The notes beneath the pieces are model-generated. The model had not been told where the DNA came from and ran no database searches. It saw only the letters and a list, made by a program, of their open reading frames with translations. A DNA stretch of 64,000 nucleotides from an uncultured Actinomycetes bacterium (GTDB lineage: Bacteria; Actinomycetota; Actinomycetes; Streptosporangiales; Streptosporangiaceae), in NCBI GenBank assembly GCA_963828445.1, contig CAWHFP010000014.1, positions 37,565 through 101,564 on the forward strand, read 5' to 3'. The translations under genes and the position numbers were made by a program. Shown one piece after another: positions 43,126-51,150 of the stretch; within the stretch, counting starts at the first letter, position 1, and the number at the start of each line of letters is the position of its first letter.

Positions 43126-43515
43126 CGTGCTGGCCAGCTCGGTCACTGGCCTGCCCCCAGCGGGTGCGGGGCCGGAACCTGTTCGAGCATCTGTCTCCTC
43201 GGGGGTACGCGGAGGGGGCCCGCGCGGTCCGTACTGGCAGGCAATCAAAATCGCTCACCAGTACGATACGTGACGATCGGGGCCGGGGTACGCCGGTCAT
43301 GCGGGCGACTTCCTCGGCGCCGCATACTTACGCTACCCGCGTTGCGGCCCAGATCAACATGTCCCGGGTCAACCGCGCCCGGCGGGCACCAGCGGAAACC
43401 GCCCCGCCGCGGCCCCATCAGCACGCCGGTTACCGGCCCAGCAGGGTCTCTTGTGCCCAGCCGACGGGTGTTGTCTCATGGTGACAATGGACCCGGTCAA
43501 GGGAGATGGGTACAC

Positions 43516-45006
43516 ATGACAGTCACAATCGACCGCAGCGTTCAGGACTTCACCGCCTCGCCCCGCAAGCTCTTCATCGACGGCGAATGGGTGGAGGCCG
43601 CGTCCGGAAAGACCTTCGACACCCCCAACCCGGCCACGGGACAGACCCTGGCCAAGGTGGCCGAGGGCGACGCCGAGGACATCAACCGGGCCGTGCGGGC
43701 CGCGCGGCGCGCGTTCGAGGAAGGGCCATGGGGCCGGATGACCCCGTCCGACCGCGGCCGCATCGTCTGGAAGATCGGTGACCTGATCCTCGAGCACGCC
43801 GAGGAGCTGGCCCAGCTCGAGTCGCTGGACAACGGCAAGCCGGTCGCGGTGGCGCTCGCCGCTGACGTGCCGCTGGCCGCTGACCTGTTCCACTACATGG
43901 CCGGCTGGGCGACCAAGATCGAAGGCAACAGCATCAACATCTCGGTGCCCTACATGCCGGGCGCCAACTTCCACTCCTACACGCTGCGCGAGCCGCTCGG
44001 CGTGGTCGGGCAGATCATCCCCTGGAACTTCCCGCTGCTGATGGCGGCCTGGAAGCTCGGGCCCGCCCTGACCACCGGTAACTGTGTCGTGCTCAAGCCG
44101 GCCGAGCAGACCCCGCTGACCGCGCTGCGGCTGGCCGAGCTGATCGCCGAGGCGGGAGTGCCCAACGGCGTGGTCAACGTGGTGCCCGGCTTCGGAGAGA
44201 CGGCCGGGGCGGCCCTGGCCGCGCACAACGACGTGGACAAGGTGGCGTTCACCGGGTCGACCGAGGTCGGCAAGCTGATCGTGCAGGCCGCCGGGGCCAC
44301 CAACCTGAAGAAGCTGACCCTGGAGCTGGGCGGCAAGAGCCCGAACATCGTCTTCGACGACGCCGACGCCAGCGCGGTCGAGGGCGCGGCCAACGCCATC
44401 TTCTTCAACCACGGCCAGTGCTGCGTGGCCGGCTCCCGGCTGTTCGTGCAGCAGGACCGGTTCGACGAGGTGGTGGACGGGGTGGCCGAGATCGCCAAGT
44501 CCATCAAGCTCGGCTCGGGCATGGAATCCGACACCCAGATGGGCCCGCTGGTCTCCGACGAGCAGCTGCGCCGGGTCACCGGCTTCCTGGAGTCCGGGCA
44601 GTCCGACGGGGCGACCTACCTCACCGGCGGCAGCCGCTTCGGCGACCAGGGCTACTTCGTCGAGCCGACCGTCATCACCAACACCCGCCCGGACATGAAG
44701 ATCGTCCGCGAGGAGATCTTCGGGCCGGTCGTGGTGGCGGCGCCGTTCCAGAGCATCGACGAGATCGCGGCCCAGGCCAACGACTCCGACTACGGCCTCG
44801 GGGCCGGCATCTGGACCAAGGACATCTCCAAGGCCCACGCGCTGGCCAAGAAGCTGCGGGCGGGCACGGTCTGGATCAACTGCTACAACGTGTTCGACGC
44901 CTCGCTGCCGTTCGGCGGGTACAAGCAGTCCGGCTGGGGCCGCGAGATGGGCCACGAGGCCCTGGAGGCCTACACCGAGGTCAAGGCGGTGACCGTCCAG
45001 CTGTAA
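43516..45006 (+). CDS. NAD(P)-dependent aldehyde dehydrogenase
   Basis: IPWNFPLLMAAWKLGPAL, FTGSTEVG, LELGGKSP, NHGQCCVAGSR, EEIFGPV. 496 aa. Confidence 0.93.
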   Translation: MTVTIDRSVQDFTASPRKLFIDGEWVEAASGKTFDTPNPATGQTLAKVAEGDAEDINRAVRAARRAFEEGPWGRMTPSDRGRIVWKIGDLILEHAEELAQLESLDNGKPVAVALAADVPLAADLFHYMAGWATKIEGNSINISVPYMPGANFHSYTLREPLGVVGQIIPWNFPLLMAAWKLGPALTTGNCVVLKPAEQTPLTALRLAELIAEAGVPNGVVNVVPGFGETAGAALAAHNDVDKVAFTGSTEVGKLIVQAAGATNLKKLTLELGGKSPNIVFDDADASAVEGAANAIFFNHGQCCVAGSRLFVQQDRFDEVVDGVAEIAKSIKLGSGMESDTQMGPLVSDEQLRRVTGFLESGQSDGATYLTGGSRFGDQGYFVEPTVITNTRPDMKIVREEIFGPVVVAAPFQSIDEIAAQANDSDYGLGAGIWTKDISKAHALAKKLRAGTVWINCYNVFDASLPFGGYKQSGWGREMGHEALEAYTEVKAVTVQL

Positions 45007-45060
45007 GCGCACCGACCGCAGGTGATCACCGGGCGGGGACCGGCCACGGGCTGGTCCCCG

Positions 45061-45792
45061 TCACGCGTCCGGGGCCTCCCGGGCGGCCGCGGCCCGCTGG
45101 GCCAGGCCGTCCACGTAGAGATCGACCAGCATCTCGAACTGCACGTCGTTGTCCCACTGGGCGAAGTGCGGGGCGGACGCGACGATGTTCGGGAACTGGT
45201 CCACCGGCAGCGAGGACAGGTAGCCACTGACCGCGCCGGGTGAGGGCACGCCCGGGTGGTCGTCCGCACTCGACACGGGCTCGGCCATCTCGTCCATGGT
45301 GAACCCGTTGACCAGGGCGAACAGCAGAAGATAACCGGACACGGCCAGGTCGTCCGGCACACCGCCGGCCCGCAGGACACCCACCACCCGCTCGGTGTAG
45401 CGCAACGCGTGGGGACCCATGGGGATCCGGCCCATCGAGATGGCCACCAGGTCCCGGTGCCGCAGGATCGTGGCCCGCTGGCTCAGCGCGATCTGCTTGA
45501 GCTGCTCCTTCCAGCGATCACCCTGGGGAGCCGGCACGTCCATCTCGCCGATGATCTCGTCGAAGATCAGGTCGAGCAGGCCGTCCTTGTTGCCGACGTG
45601 CCAGTAGAGCGAGGCGGGCCCGGTGTTCAGCGCGTCCGCCACCCGCCGCATGCTCAGGCCTTCGAGGCCCTCGCTGTCCAGGATCTTGATCGCGGCCTCG
45701 GTGATCGCCTCGGCGGTGATCGGATCCCGGCGCGTCCGGCTCGGCCGCCGCGGGGACCGTTGCCAGGGCGGCTCTGGAACTTCGCTCGTCAC
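45061..45792 (-). CDS. TetR family transcriptional regulator
   Basis: ITAEAITEAAIKILDSEGLEGLSMRRVADALNTGPASLYWHVGNKDGLL. Confidence 0.9.
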   Translation of the reverse strand: MTSEVPEPPWQRSPRRPSRTRRDPITAEAITEAAIKILDSEGLEGLSMRRVADALNTGPASLYWHVGNKDGLLDLIFDEIIGEMDVPAPQGDRWKEQLKQIALSQRATILRHRDLVAISMGRIPMGPHALRYTERVVGVLRAGGVPDDLAVSGYLLLFALVNGFTMDEMAEPVSSADDHPGVPSPGAVSGYLSSLPVDQFPNIVASAPHFAQWDNDVQFEMLVDLYVDGLAQRAAAAREAPDA

Positions 45793-45845
45793 ACGAACAG
45801 CGTACTACCAACGAACACGCTAGACACGAACACATGACCATGCTA

Positions 45846-45902
45846 GAACGGTGTTCGACGAACGATGTTCCAGGAACGACGTTCGATTTAAGATCGACGT
45901 TC
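45846..45902. promoter_or_regulatory. Phased array of GAAC-N3-GTTC palindromes (TetR operator candidates) upstream of the MFS gene
   Basis: GAACggtGTTC (45846), GAACgatGTTC (45860) and GAACgacGTTC (45874) fall exactly 14 bp apart, plus GATCgacGTTC (45892). Further CGAACA half-sites lie upstream. Confidence 0.55.
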
Positions 45903-45917
45903 TACGAGGGAGTTGTC

Positions 45918-47363
45918 ATGCAGACTCGAGCGCCGGCCCAGGCTCAGGGAGCGGTGACCACCGGGGGCTACCCGCGCCGCTGGTTCGCCGCGGCCGCGAT
46001 GATGGCCGCGGTACTGATGGACATGATCGACGTGACGATCGTCAACGTGGCCCTGCCCACGATCCGGCATGATCTGGGCGCCAGCGCGACCCAGCTCGAA
46101 TGGGTGGTGTCCGCGTACATGCTGGCCTTCGCGGCGGTGCTGATCACCGCGGGCAGCCTGGGTGACCTGTTCGGCCGCAAGCGGCTGTTCCTGGCCGGGA
46201 TCGCGATCTTCGGGCTGGCCAGCCTGGGTGCGGGCCTGTCCGGGAACGCCGCCGAGCTGATCGCGGCCCGGGTGGTCCAGGGCGCGGCCGCGGCGGTGAT
46301 GACCCCGCAACTGCTGGCCACGTTCCGGACCATGTTCGCCGGGCGCGAGCGGGGTCAGGCCTTCGGTATCTACGGGGCGGTACTGGGGCTCGCCTCGGCC
46401 GTGGGCCTGATCCTGGGCGGGCTTCTCACCAGCGCCGACCTGTTCGGCTGGGGCTGGCGCTCGGTGTTCTTCGTCAACATCCCGATCGCGCTGGCCGCGC
46501 TGGCCGGATCCTTCCGGGCCATGCCGGAGACCCGGGAACGCTCGGGCGGCCGGATCGACGTCACCGGAGCCGTCCTGCTCACCGCGGCCCTGGTCGCCAT
46601 CACCTACCCGCTGCTGGAAGGACGCAGCCTGGGCTGGCCCGCCTGGTCCTGGGCGCTGCTGGCCGCGGGCGTGGCGGCCCTGGTCGTGCTGGGCCTGATC
46701 GAGGCGCGCCGCCAGCACCACCGGATCGCGCCCCTGCTGCGCACCAAGCTGTTCCGGGTCCCGGCCTTCACCAGCGGCCTGATCGTCCAGCTCGCGTTCG
46801 CGGCCGGCATCCAGGGGTTCTTCCTGATCTTCACGCTATGGGTGCAGGCCGGCCAGCACTACTCGCCGCTGCGGGCCGGGCTGACTGCGGTGGCCTTCAG
46901 CGTGGGGAGCTTCGTGCTGGCCCCGCAGGCGGTCCCGCTGGCCGAGCGGTTCGGCCGCCTGGTGCTGGCGCTGGGTGGCCTGCTGTTCGCGGCCGGCATC
47001 GTCGGGGTCATCGTCGGAGCTCACCACGTGGGCACCGGCACCAACCCGTGGCCGCTGGTGCCCGGTCTGGTGGTGGCCGGCATGGGCCTGTCCCTGCTGG
47101 TCATCCCGCTGGTCAATGTGGTCCTGGCCGCAGTGCCGGCCGAGGCCGCGGGCGGGGCCTCCGGCCTGTTCAGCACGGCCCAGCAGCTCGGCGGGGCGAT
47201 CGGGGTCGCGGTGGCCGGGACGATCTTCTTCGGCGATCTGGGCCGGGGATCTTTCCAGGCCGCGTTCGAGCACACCGCTCCGTACGCGGCCGGGGCGCTG
47301 CTGATCTGCGCGATCTTCTCGCTCACCCTGCCCCGGACGGCGGTCGCCGACGAGGGTGCGTGA
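45918..47363 (+). CDS. MFS drug:H+ antiporter (DHA2/EmrB-QacA type, 14 TMS)
   Basis: GAGGGAG before the ATG at 45918. MDMIDVTIVNVALPTIRHDLGAS..LEWVVSAYMLAFAAVLITAGSLGDLFGRKR. Confidence 0.9.
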   Translation: MQTRAPAQAQGAVTTGGYPRRWFAAAAMMAAVLMDMIDVTIVNVALPTIRHDLGASATQLEWVVSAYMLAFAAVLITAGSLGDLFGRKRLFLAGIAIFGLASLGAGLSGNAAELIAARVVQGAAAAVMTPQLLATFRTMFAGRERGQAFGIYGAVLGLASAVGLILGGLLTSADLFGWGWRSVFFVNIPIALAALAGSFRAMPETRERSGGRIDVTGAVLLTAALVAITYPLLEGRSLGWPAWSWALLAAGVAALVVLGLIEARRQHHRIAPLLRTKLFRVPAFTSGLIVQLAFAAGIQGFFLIFTLWVQAGQHYSPLRAGLTAVAFSVGSFVLAPQAVPLAERFGRLVLALGGLLFAAGIVGVIVGAHHVGTGTNPWPLVPGLVVAGMGLSLLVIPLVNVVLAAVPAEAAGGASGLFSTAQQLGGAIGVAVAGTIFFGDLGRGSFQAAFEHTAPYAAGALLICAIFSLTLPRTAVADEGA

Positions 47364-47391
47364 GCCGGTCTCGCCAGCGGGCCCCGTGGCG

Positions 47392-47787
47392 TTACGCCGC
47401 GGGGCCCGTCGCCTTGTCCACGGTCAGCCGGACGATGACGCGGACCGCTCCCGGGCGATCGGGGTCCGGATCCCGGCCGTCGTACTTCCACGACAGCTGG
47501 GTGTCGAAGCTCCGGCCGACGTCGGGGGTCATCGACACCCGGCCCCGCAGCTCGACGTAGTTCTCCGGGTCGGCCGAGTCGATCACCGACACGCTGACCC
47601 GGGGATCGCGCAGCATGTTGCGGTGTTTCCGGCGCCCTTCCACGGTGGAGAACAGCACGTCGCTGCCCTCGCGGCCGACCCACATGACCGAGGTCTGCGG
47701 GCCGCCGTCCGGGTTGACCGTGGCCAGCACCGCGTAGTTCCGGCCATCGACCAGCGCCCGGGCCGCCTCGCTGAGCTCGAATCCCAT
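47392..47787 (-). CDS. PPOX-class F420-dependent oxidoreductase
   Basis: ALVDGRNYAVLATVNPDGGPQTSVMWVGREGSDVLFSTVEGRRKHRNMLRDPRVSVSV. Confidence 0.85.
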   Translation of the reverse strand: MGFELSEAARALVDGRNYAVLATVNPDGGPQTSVMWVGREGSDVLFSTVEGRRKHRNMLRDPRVSVSVIDSADPENYVELRGRVSMTPDVGRSFDTQLSWKYDGRDPDPDRPGAVRVIVRLTVDKATGPAA

Positions 47788-47813
47788 GCCGGCACCGTAA
47801 CAGGGGCCAACCC

Positions 47814-47930
47814 TCAGCCGAGATCAGACGGGTCGAGCACGAAGCGGTAGCGGACGTCACCCCGGTCCAGGCGGCCGAGCGCCTCGTCCACAGCGCCCGA
47901 CGGCAGCACCTCGACGTCGGCGGTGATCCC
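47814..47930 (-). pseudogene. C-terminal stub (about 39 aa) of a zinc alcohol dehydrogenase
   Basis: Own translation: GGITADVEVLPSGAVDEALGRLDRGDVRYRFVLDPSDLG*. Nothing ADH-like lies upstream of about 47935. Confidence 0.5.
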
Positions 47931-48075
47931 GCCGGGCCCTGCTCCGCGACTGCGTGAAGCGCGCCCTGGCTCCCTGAGCCACTGTGACCGGCGGCGCTGC
48001 GCGAAAGGTTGTTATCGCCTGTACGAGCTGGTTTGCGTGCTATTAGGCTCGCTACGTCCCGGCGCGGAGGTGACG

Positions 48076-48387
48076 GTGGGCGGCCATTTAAGAGCGGATC
48101 TGACCCGGATCGGTCAGGTGGCACGGCAGGTGGAACGGATCGCTGACGAGTTTCGGCAGGCCACGACGCTGGCCGAGGGGTATGAGCCGACGCTGGGCAG
48201 CGCGGAGGTCGCGGGCGCGCTGCACAGTTTCGCCACCGACTGGGCGATCCACCGCGCCCGGCTCCTGGACGACCTGGAGCAGGAGTCCAAGCTGGCCGAC
48301 ACCGCGGTCAAGAGCTACCACGGCACCGACGAGGAGCTGGCCGCGGCCCTGCGCCAGCAAGAACAGCAGGAACTCGGGCGGCGGCTG
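48076..48387 (+). CDS. Small EspC/WXG100-like helical protein (putative T7SS-type partner); 3' boundary uncertain
   Basis: GGAGG 5 nt before GTG 48076. HLRADLTRIGQVARQVERIADEF...GSAEVAGALHSFATDWAIHRARLLDDLEQ...AVKSYHGTDEELAAAL (YxxxD). It runs in frame into the next ATG at a GCTGATG junction. Confidence 0.5.
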
Positions 48388-49954
48388 ATGGGGCGCCCGG
48401 CCGACTGGAGCCCGCTGGCGGGCGCCGATCCGGTGCCCGGTGACCCGGATGAGGTGGCGGCGCTGGGGCGCCGGTTCCGGGGCACCGCCGCCGAGATCGA
48501 GCAGGCGGCGGCCCGGCTGCGGACCATGTGCACCGACGAGTTCTGGGACTCCGACGCCGGGCAGGCGTTCCGGCAGCGGTCGGACGACACCGCGGGCAAG
48601 CTGGCTCAGGCCTACGCCCGCTACGAGGCGGCCGCGACCGCGCTGGGCACCGACTCCGGCGACCCGACGCCGTCCACGGGCGCCCAGCCCCGGTACGCCG
48701 GCGCCCTCAGCCAGGCCCAGCGCCTGTCGCTCCAGGCCCTGACGTCGGCTCAGGACGCGGCGGCCACCCAGCGGCAGGCCATGTCCCAGCTGCGCACCGG
48801 CGGTCGCCACCACCACCAGCCTGGCCAGCCCCCGGTGCCGGGCGCCCTCGATCTGTCCGCTGGGCCTGCTCACCCCGGACAGCTCCGGCCATCTGCCGGT
48901 CCGGCCGGGCGAGAAACCGGAGATCACGGCGCTCAAGGGCCGCTACAACACCGCGGCCGACCAGCTGGCCGCGGCCCGGGCCCTGCTGGCCCGGGCCGAG
49001 CAGACCCGCGACCAGGCCGCGCACCACGCGGCCGCTCTGATCAGCGACGTGATCGGCCACGACGGGCTGACCGACGGCTTCTGGGATCACGTCACCAACT
49101 TCATCGACGAGCACGCCGGGCTGCTCAGCGCGATCTCCAAGGTGGCCGGCTGGGTGGCCACCATCGCCGGGACGCTGGCGCTGTGCGTGGGCTGGATCCC
49201 GGTCGTGGGCCAGGCCCTGGCCGCGGTGCTGGGTACGATCGCGCTGGTCGCCAGCGTGGTCCTGCTGATCGCGGACGGGCTGCTGGCCATCGGCGGCAAG
49301 GGCAGCTGGCTGGACGTCGGCCTGGACGTGATCGCGGTGGCCTCGTTCGGGCTGGGCCGGGCCGCCACTGGCGCCGTCAAGGACTCCGCCCTGCTGGCCC
49401 GCAGCACGGCCCGGGGCGAGGGCTTCGAGCGGACGCTCGGGATCCTGATGGGCGACACCTACCTCAAGGGCGGTGAGGAAGCACTGGACCGGGAACTTCC
49501 GGCCGCCTGGGAAGGCTTCCAGAAGCAGGTCGGAGCCTTCGATGAGCAGGAGATCGAGTCGGCCACCGAACACCATCCCGGGCCCTGGCCCGGGTGGGGC
49601 GGCATCATGCGCGGGTTCCACCCGGTGTCGATCCTGCGCGACGGTTTCGCCGACGTCGGCGACCTCAAGCTGTCCAACTGGGCCGAGCTGGGTCAGAGCT
49701 CGACCTGGAAGGGCGCGCGCTTCTTCCTCGGCGACCCAGAGATCCACGAGGCCCTGGCCAGCGTGGACAAGCTGGGCGACCTGGCCACCCTCACCAGCGT
49801 CCGGGGGTTCGTGGCCAACGTGACCAGCAACCACACCATGTGGCAGTACGTCACCACCCCGGCCGTCGCGGTGGACTGGGCCAACCACCTGCTGACCGAA
49901 ACCGGCCTGAAGGACCCGCTGCTGCGCGCCGCCCACCTGGGAGCACCGGGCTGA
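48388..49954 (+). CDS. Large protein with an actinobacterial T7SS-signal-like N-terminal domain, central multi-TM block and unassigned C-terminal domain; frame broken near 48800
   Basis: MGRPADWSPLAGADPVPGDPDEVAALGRRFRGTAAEIEQAAARLRTM..EFWDSDAGQAFRQR...AQAYARYEAAATAL (YxxxE). TM block AGWVATIAGTLALCVGWIPVVGQALAAVLGTIALVASVVLLIADGLLAIG...VIAVASFGLG. The C-terminal 230 aa or so have no family I can name. Confidence 0.65.
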
Positions 49955-50511
49955 TGACCGGGACCGGCCGCCCCCGCGACTACCAGCTGATCGTCCCGGA
50001 GGGCTGGTTCCGCATCGGCCTGGAACCCGGCGTCCGCGAGAAGGCGGTGGCCGCCCTGGTCGACCGGCAGTTCCACGGGGTGGACAACGCTCCGCAGGTC
50101 AAGGCCGAAGCCCGGCAGACGCTGCTGGCCACGGCCCAGGACGCGTTCGGCAACGGGGGTATCGAGCTGTACGTGTCGCTGCAGACCGCGGCCGGTTTCC
50201 CGCTGTCCGCGGCCCTGGTCGTCACCCTGGCCCCGCCGCCCCAGCACCCCGAGGCGATCGTCACGCCGGACCGGCTGGCCCGCACCGTGGCCGGAGACGG
50301 CCGGAAGGTCTCGCTGGTAGAGCTGCCGGCCGGGCAGGCCCTCCGGGTGCGCGGTGGGGATCCCCCCGTCACCACGCTGGACGTGCACGTCCCGGTGCCC
50401 GGCAGCGGCGCGTATCTGCTGCTGTCCTTCTCCACCCCGCTGGCCCCGCTGGCTGATGCCCTGGTGGGTATGTTCGACGCGATCGCCGCCACCTTGAGAT
50501 GGATCCCATGA
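49954..50511 (+). CDS. Hypothetical protein, paralogue 1 (accessory, immunity or chaperone candidate)
   Basis: The ATG overlaps the upstream TGA (TGATG). DYQLIVPEGWFRIGLEPG...VELPAGQALRVRGG...LLLSFSTPLAPLADALVGMFDAIAATL. Confidence 0.6.
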   Translation: MTGTGRPRDYQLIVPEGWFRIGLEPGVREKAVAALVDRQFHGVDNAPQVKAEARQTLLATAQDAFGNGGIELYVSLQTAAGFPLSAALVVTLAPPPQHPEAIVTPDRLARTVAGDGRKVSLVELPAGQALRVRGGDPPVTTLDVHVPVPGSGAYLLLSFSTPLAPLADALVGMFDAIAATLRWIP

Positions 50512-51131
50512 GCCGCAAGCCACGGTACGACCTTGACTTCTCCGTCCCCCGGGGCTGGATTCAGCTGCCGGTCCTGGACAACAAGAACGAGCTCCGCCAC
50601 GACCGGAAGTTGCGGGCCTGGGCCAGCACGCGGGCCCAGCAGATGCTCGGCGCCGGGGCCGCACCGGACCAGCTGGACCGCCGCACCCAGGAGCTGGCCA
50701 CCCTGACCTTCGAGGCCCGGGCCCGCCGGTCCACCTACGCGCTGGCCCTTTACCCCGAGCCCACGGCCGCCCCGCTGGCGTTGCTCGACGCCAGGCACCT
50801 GATACCCGACCGGACCAACCCGGAACTGACCTTCGATGTCCTGCGCGACCTGTACGCCGAACCCGACGCCGACACCCTGGGCGAGGTCGAGGAGCGGCAA
50901 GCGGATCTGCCCGGCGGCCCGGCGCTGCGGGTCCGCCGCAAGCGCGCCGTGAGCGGTGACCCCACCGGGCAGAGCGTCGTCATGGAGGGTGTCACCTGGG
51001 CCATCCGGCCTCCCGGCCTGGACGACGCCATCGTCATGATCATGACCTGGACCGCCCTGCAGGCTGGTGACCGGCTCGCGGCCATGGCCGACACCATCGC
51101 CGGGACCGTCAAGGTAACGGACGAGCCGTGA
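50508..51131 (+). CDS. Hypothetical protein, paralogue 2
   Basis: ATGA overlap with the previous gene. YDLDFSVPRGWIQLPVLDN...ADLPGGPALRVRRK...VMIMTWTALQAGDRLAAMADTIAGTV. Same motif order as paralogue 1. Confidence 0.6.
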   Translation: MSRKPRYDLDFSVPRGWIQLPVLDNKNELRHDRKLRAWASTRAQQMLGAGAAPDQLDRRTQELATLTFEARARRSTYALALYPEPTAAPLALLDARHLIPDRTNPELTFDVLRDLYAEPDADTLGEVEERQADLPGGPALRVRRKRAVSGDPTGQSVVMEGVTWAIRPPGLDDAIVMIMTWTALQAGDRLAAMADTIAGTVKVTDEP

Positions 51132-51150
51132 GTTGCGCGGAGCCGACCGC

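Noticed and set aside
48076-49954. Reading 48076-49954 as one fused protein of about 626 aa.
   Set aside because: The internal MGRPADW... matches the usual N-terminus of this protein type and sits on a GCTGATG junction identical to the next gene boundary. Two genes with a nearby indel therefore seem more likely. This is unresolved without better sequence.
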